Part shown: one piece after another, positions 63,553 to 64,000 of the stretch | How positions within the stretch are numbered: the stretch's first letter is position 1 | Layout: every line of letters begins with the position of its first letter | Source: Squalus acanthias | Taxonomy: Eukaryota | Reading direction: 5' to 3' | Length of the DNA stretch: 64,000 nt | NCBI GenBank assembly: GCA_030390025.1 | Contig: CM059431.1 | Location: forward strand, 153,204,001-153,268,000 | Position numbers and translations under genes: made by a program | Notes under the pieces: model-generated | Databases searched by the model: none | Told to the model about the DNA's origin: nothing | What the model saw: the letters and a program-made list of their open reading frames with translations, nothing else

Positions 63553-64000
63553 TTCTGCCGTCCACTATCAGTCTCAGTCTCTTTGTCTGATTTAAGGTCC
63601 AAGTTGCTTTGTCCCTTTTATATGTGGTACTGATGCATTAGGTGTGACTGTAGACTTGGTACTAATAGACAGGGGGCACTCCAAGCGAGATTGACTATCT
63701 CTCTGTCTCTAATACCAGCAGATTTGAGAATATCAAAGAAGTTAAGAGATGGGAAAATAATTATGCCTCGCTCCTGTTTCAAACCACAAAATGAAGGAAA
63801 TGCTACCGCCGGGAAACCTAGTCCAGCAGATTTGTTAAATATCCAAAGTTTACACGGGGAGTTAAAGATTTTACCTGTGATGGTGAGAGACAAGGACACA
63901 GGGGATTAAGTGGCTCGGGGAAAATCATGTAATTAATGATTGGAGTCATAAAACCGCTACAGATATAGGTTTGAACCAGCGATCAGCGAGTTTACAAGAC

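Noticed and set aside
63620..64000. Decayed Gypsy protease (IDRG, LPVMV)
   Set aside because: Too fragmentary to support without a profile search.

Overview
Eukaryotic, repeat-rich vertebrate DNA. The repeat content (CR1 LINEs, a Deu-domain SINE, Penelope-like elements) points to a cartilaginous fish; this is an inference. The host genes are four paralogous two-exon class A GPCRs of GPR139-like type, in two divergent pairs: one intact, one intact but cut by the window edge, one with a single homopolymer frameshift, and one clear pseudogene. Each lies next to a long array of a 26-bp minisatellite (consensus CTACTCTAACATTACTGGTGGTGACC) that shows higher-order repeats and one orientation switch. 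Mobile DNA includes: a 4.3-kb Harbinger/PIF transposon (intact DDE transposase, damaged 3-exon Myb/SANT partner gene) with three derived MITEs; an 8.6-kb hAT (Buster-type) element bounded by TIRs and an 8-bp TSD and carrying decayed tRNA genes; Penelope-like element ends carrying three minimal hammerhead ribozyme motifs; and many CR1/L2 fragments. All calls were made by eye. No alignments or database searches were run, and boundaries of degraded repeats are approximate.
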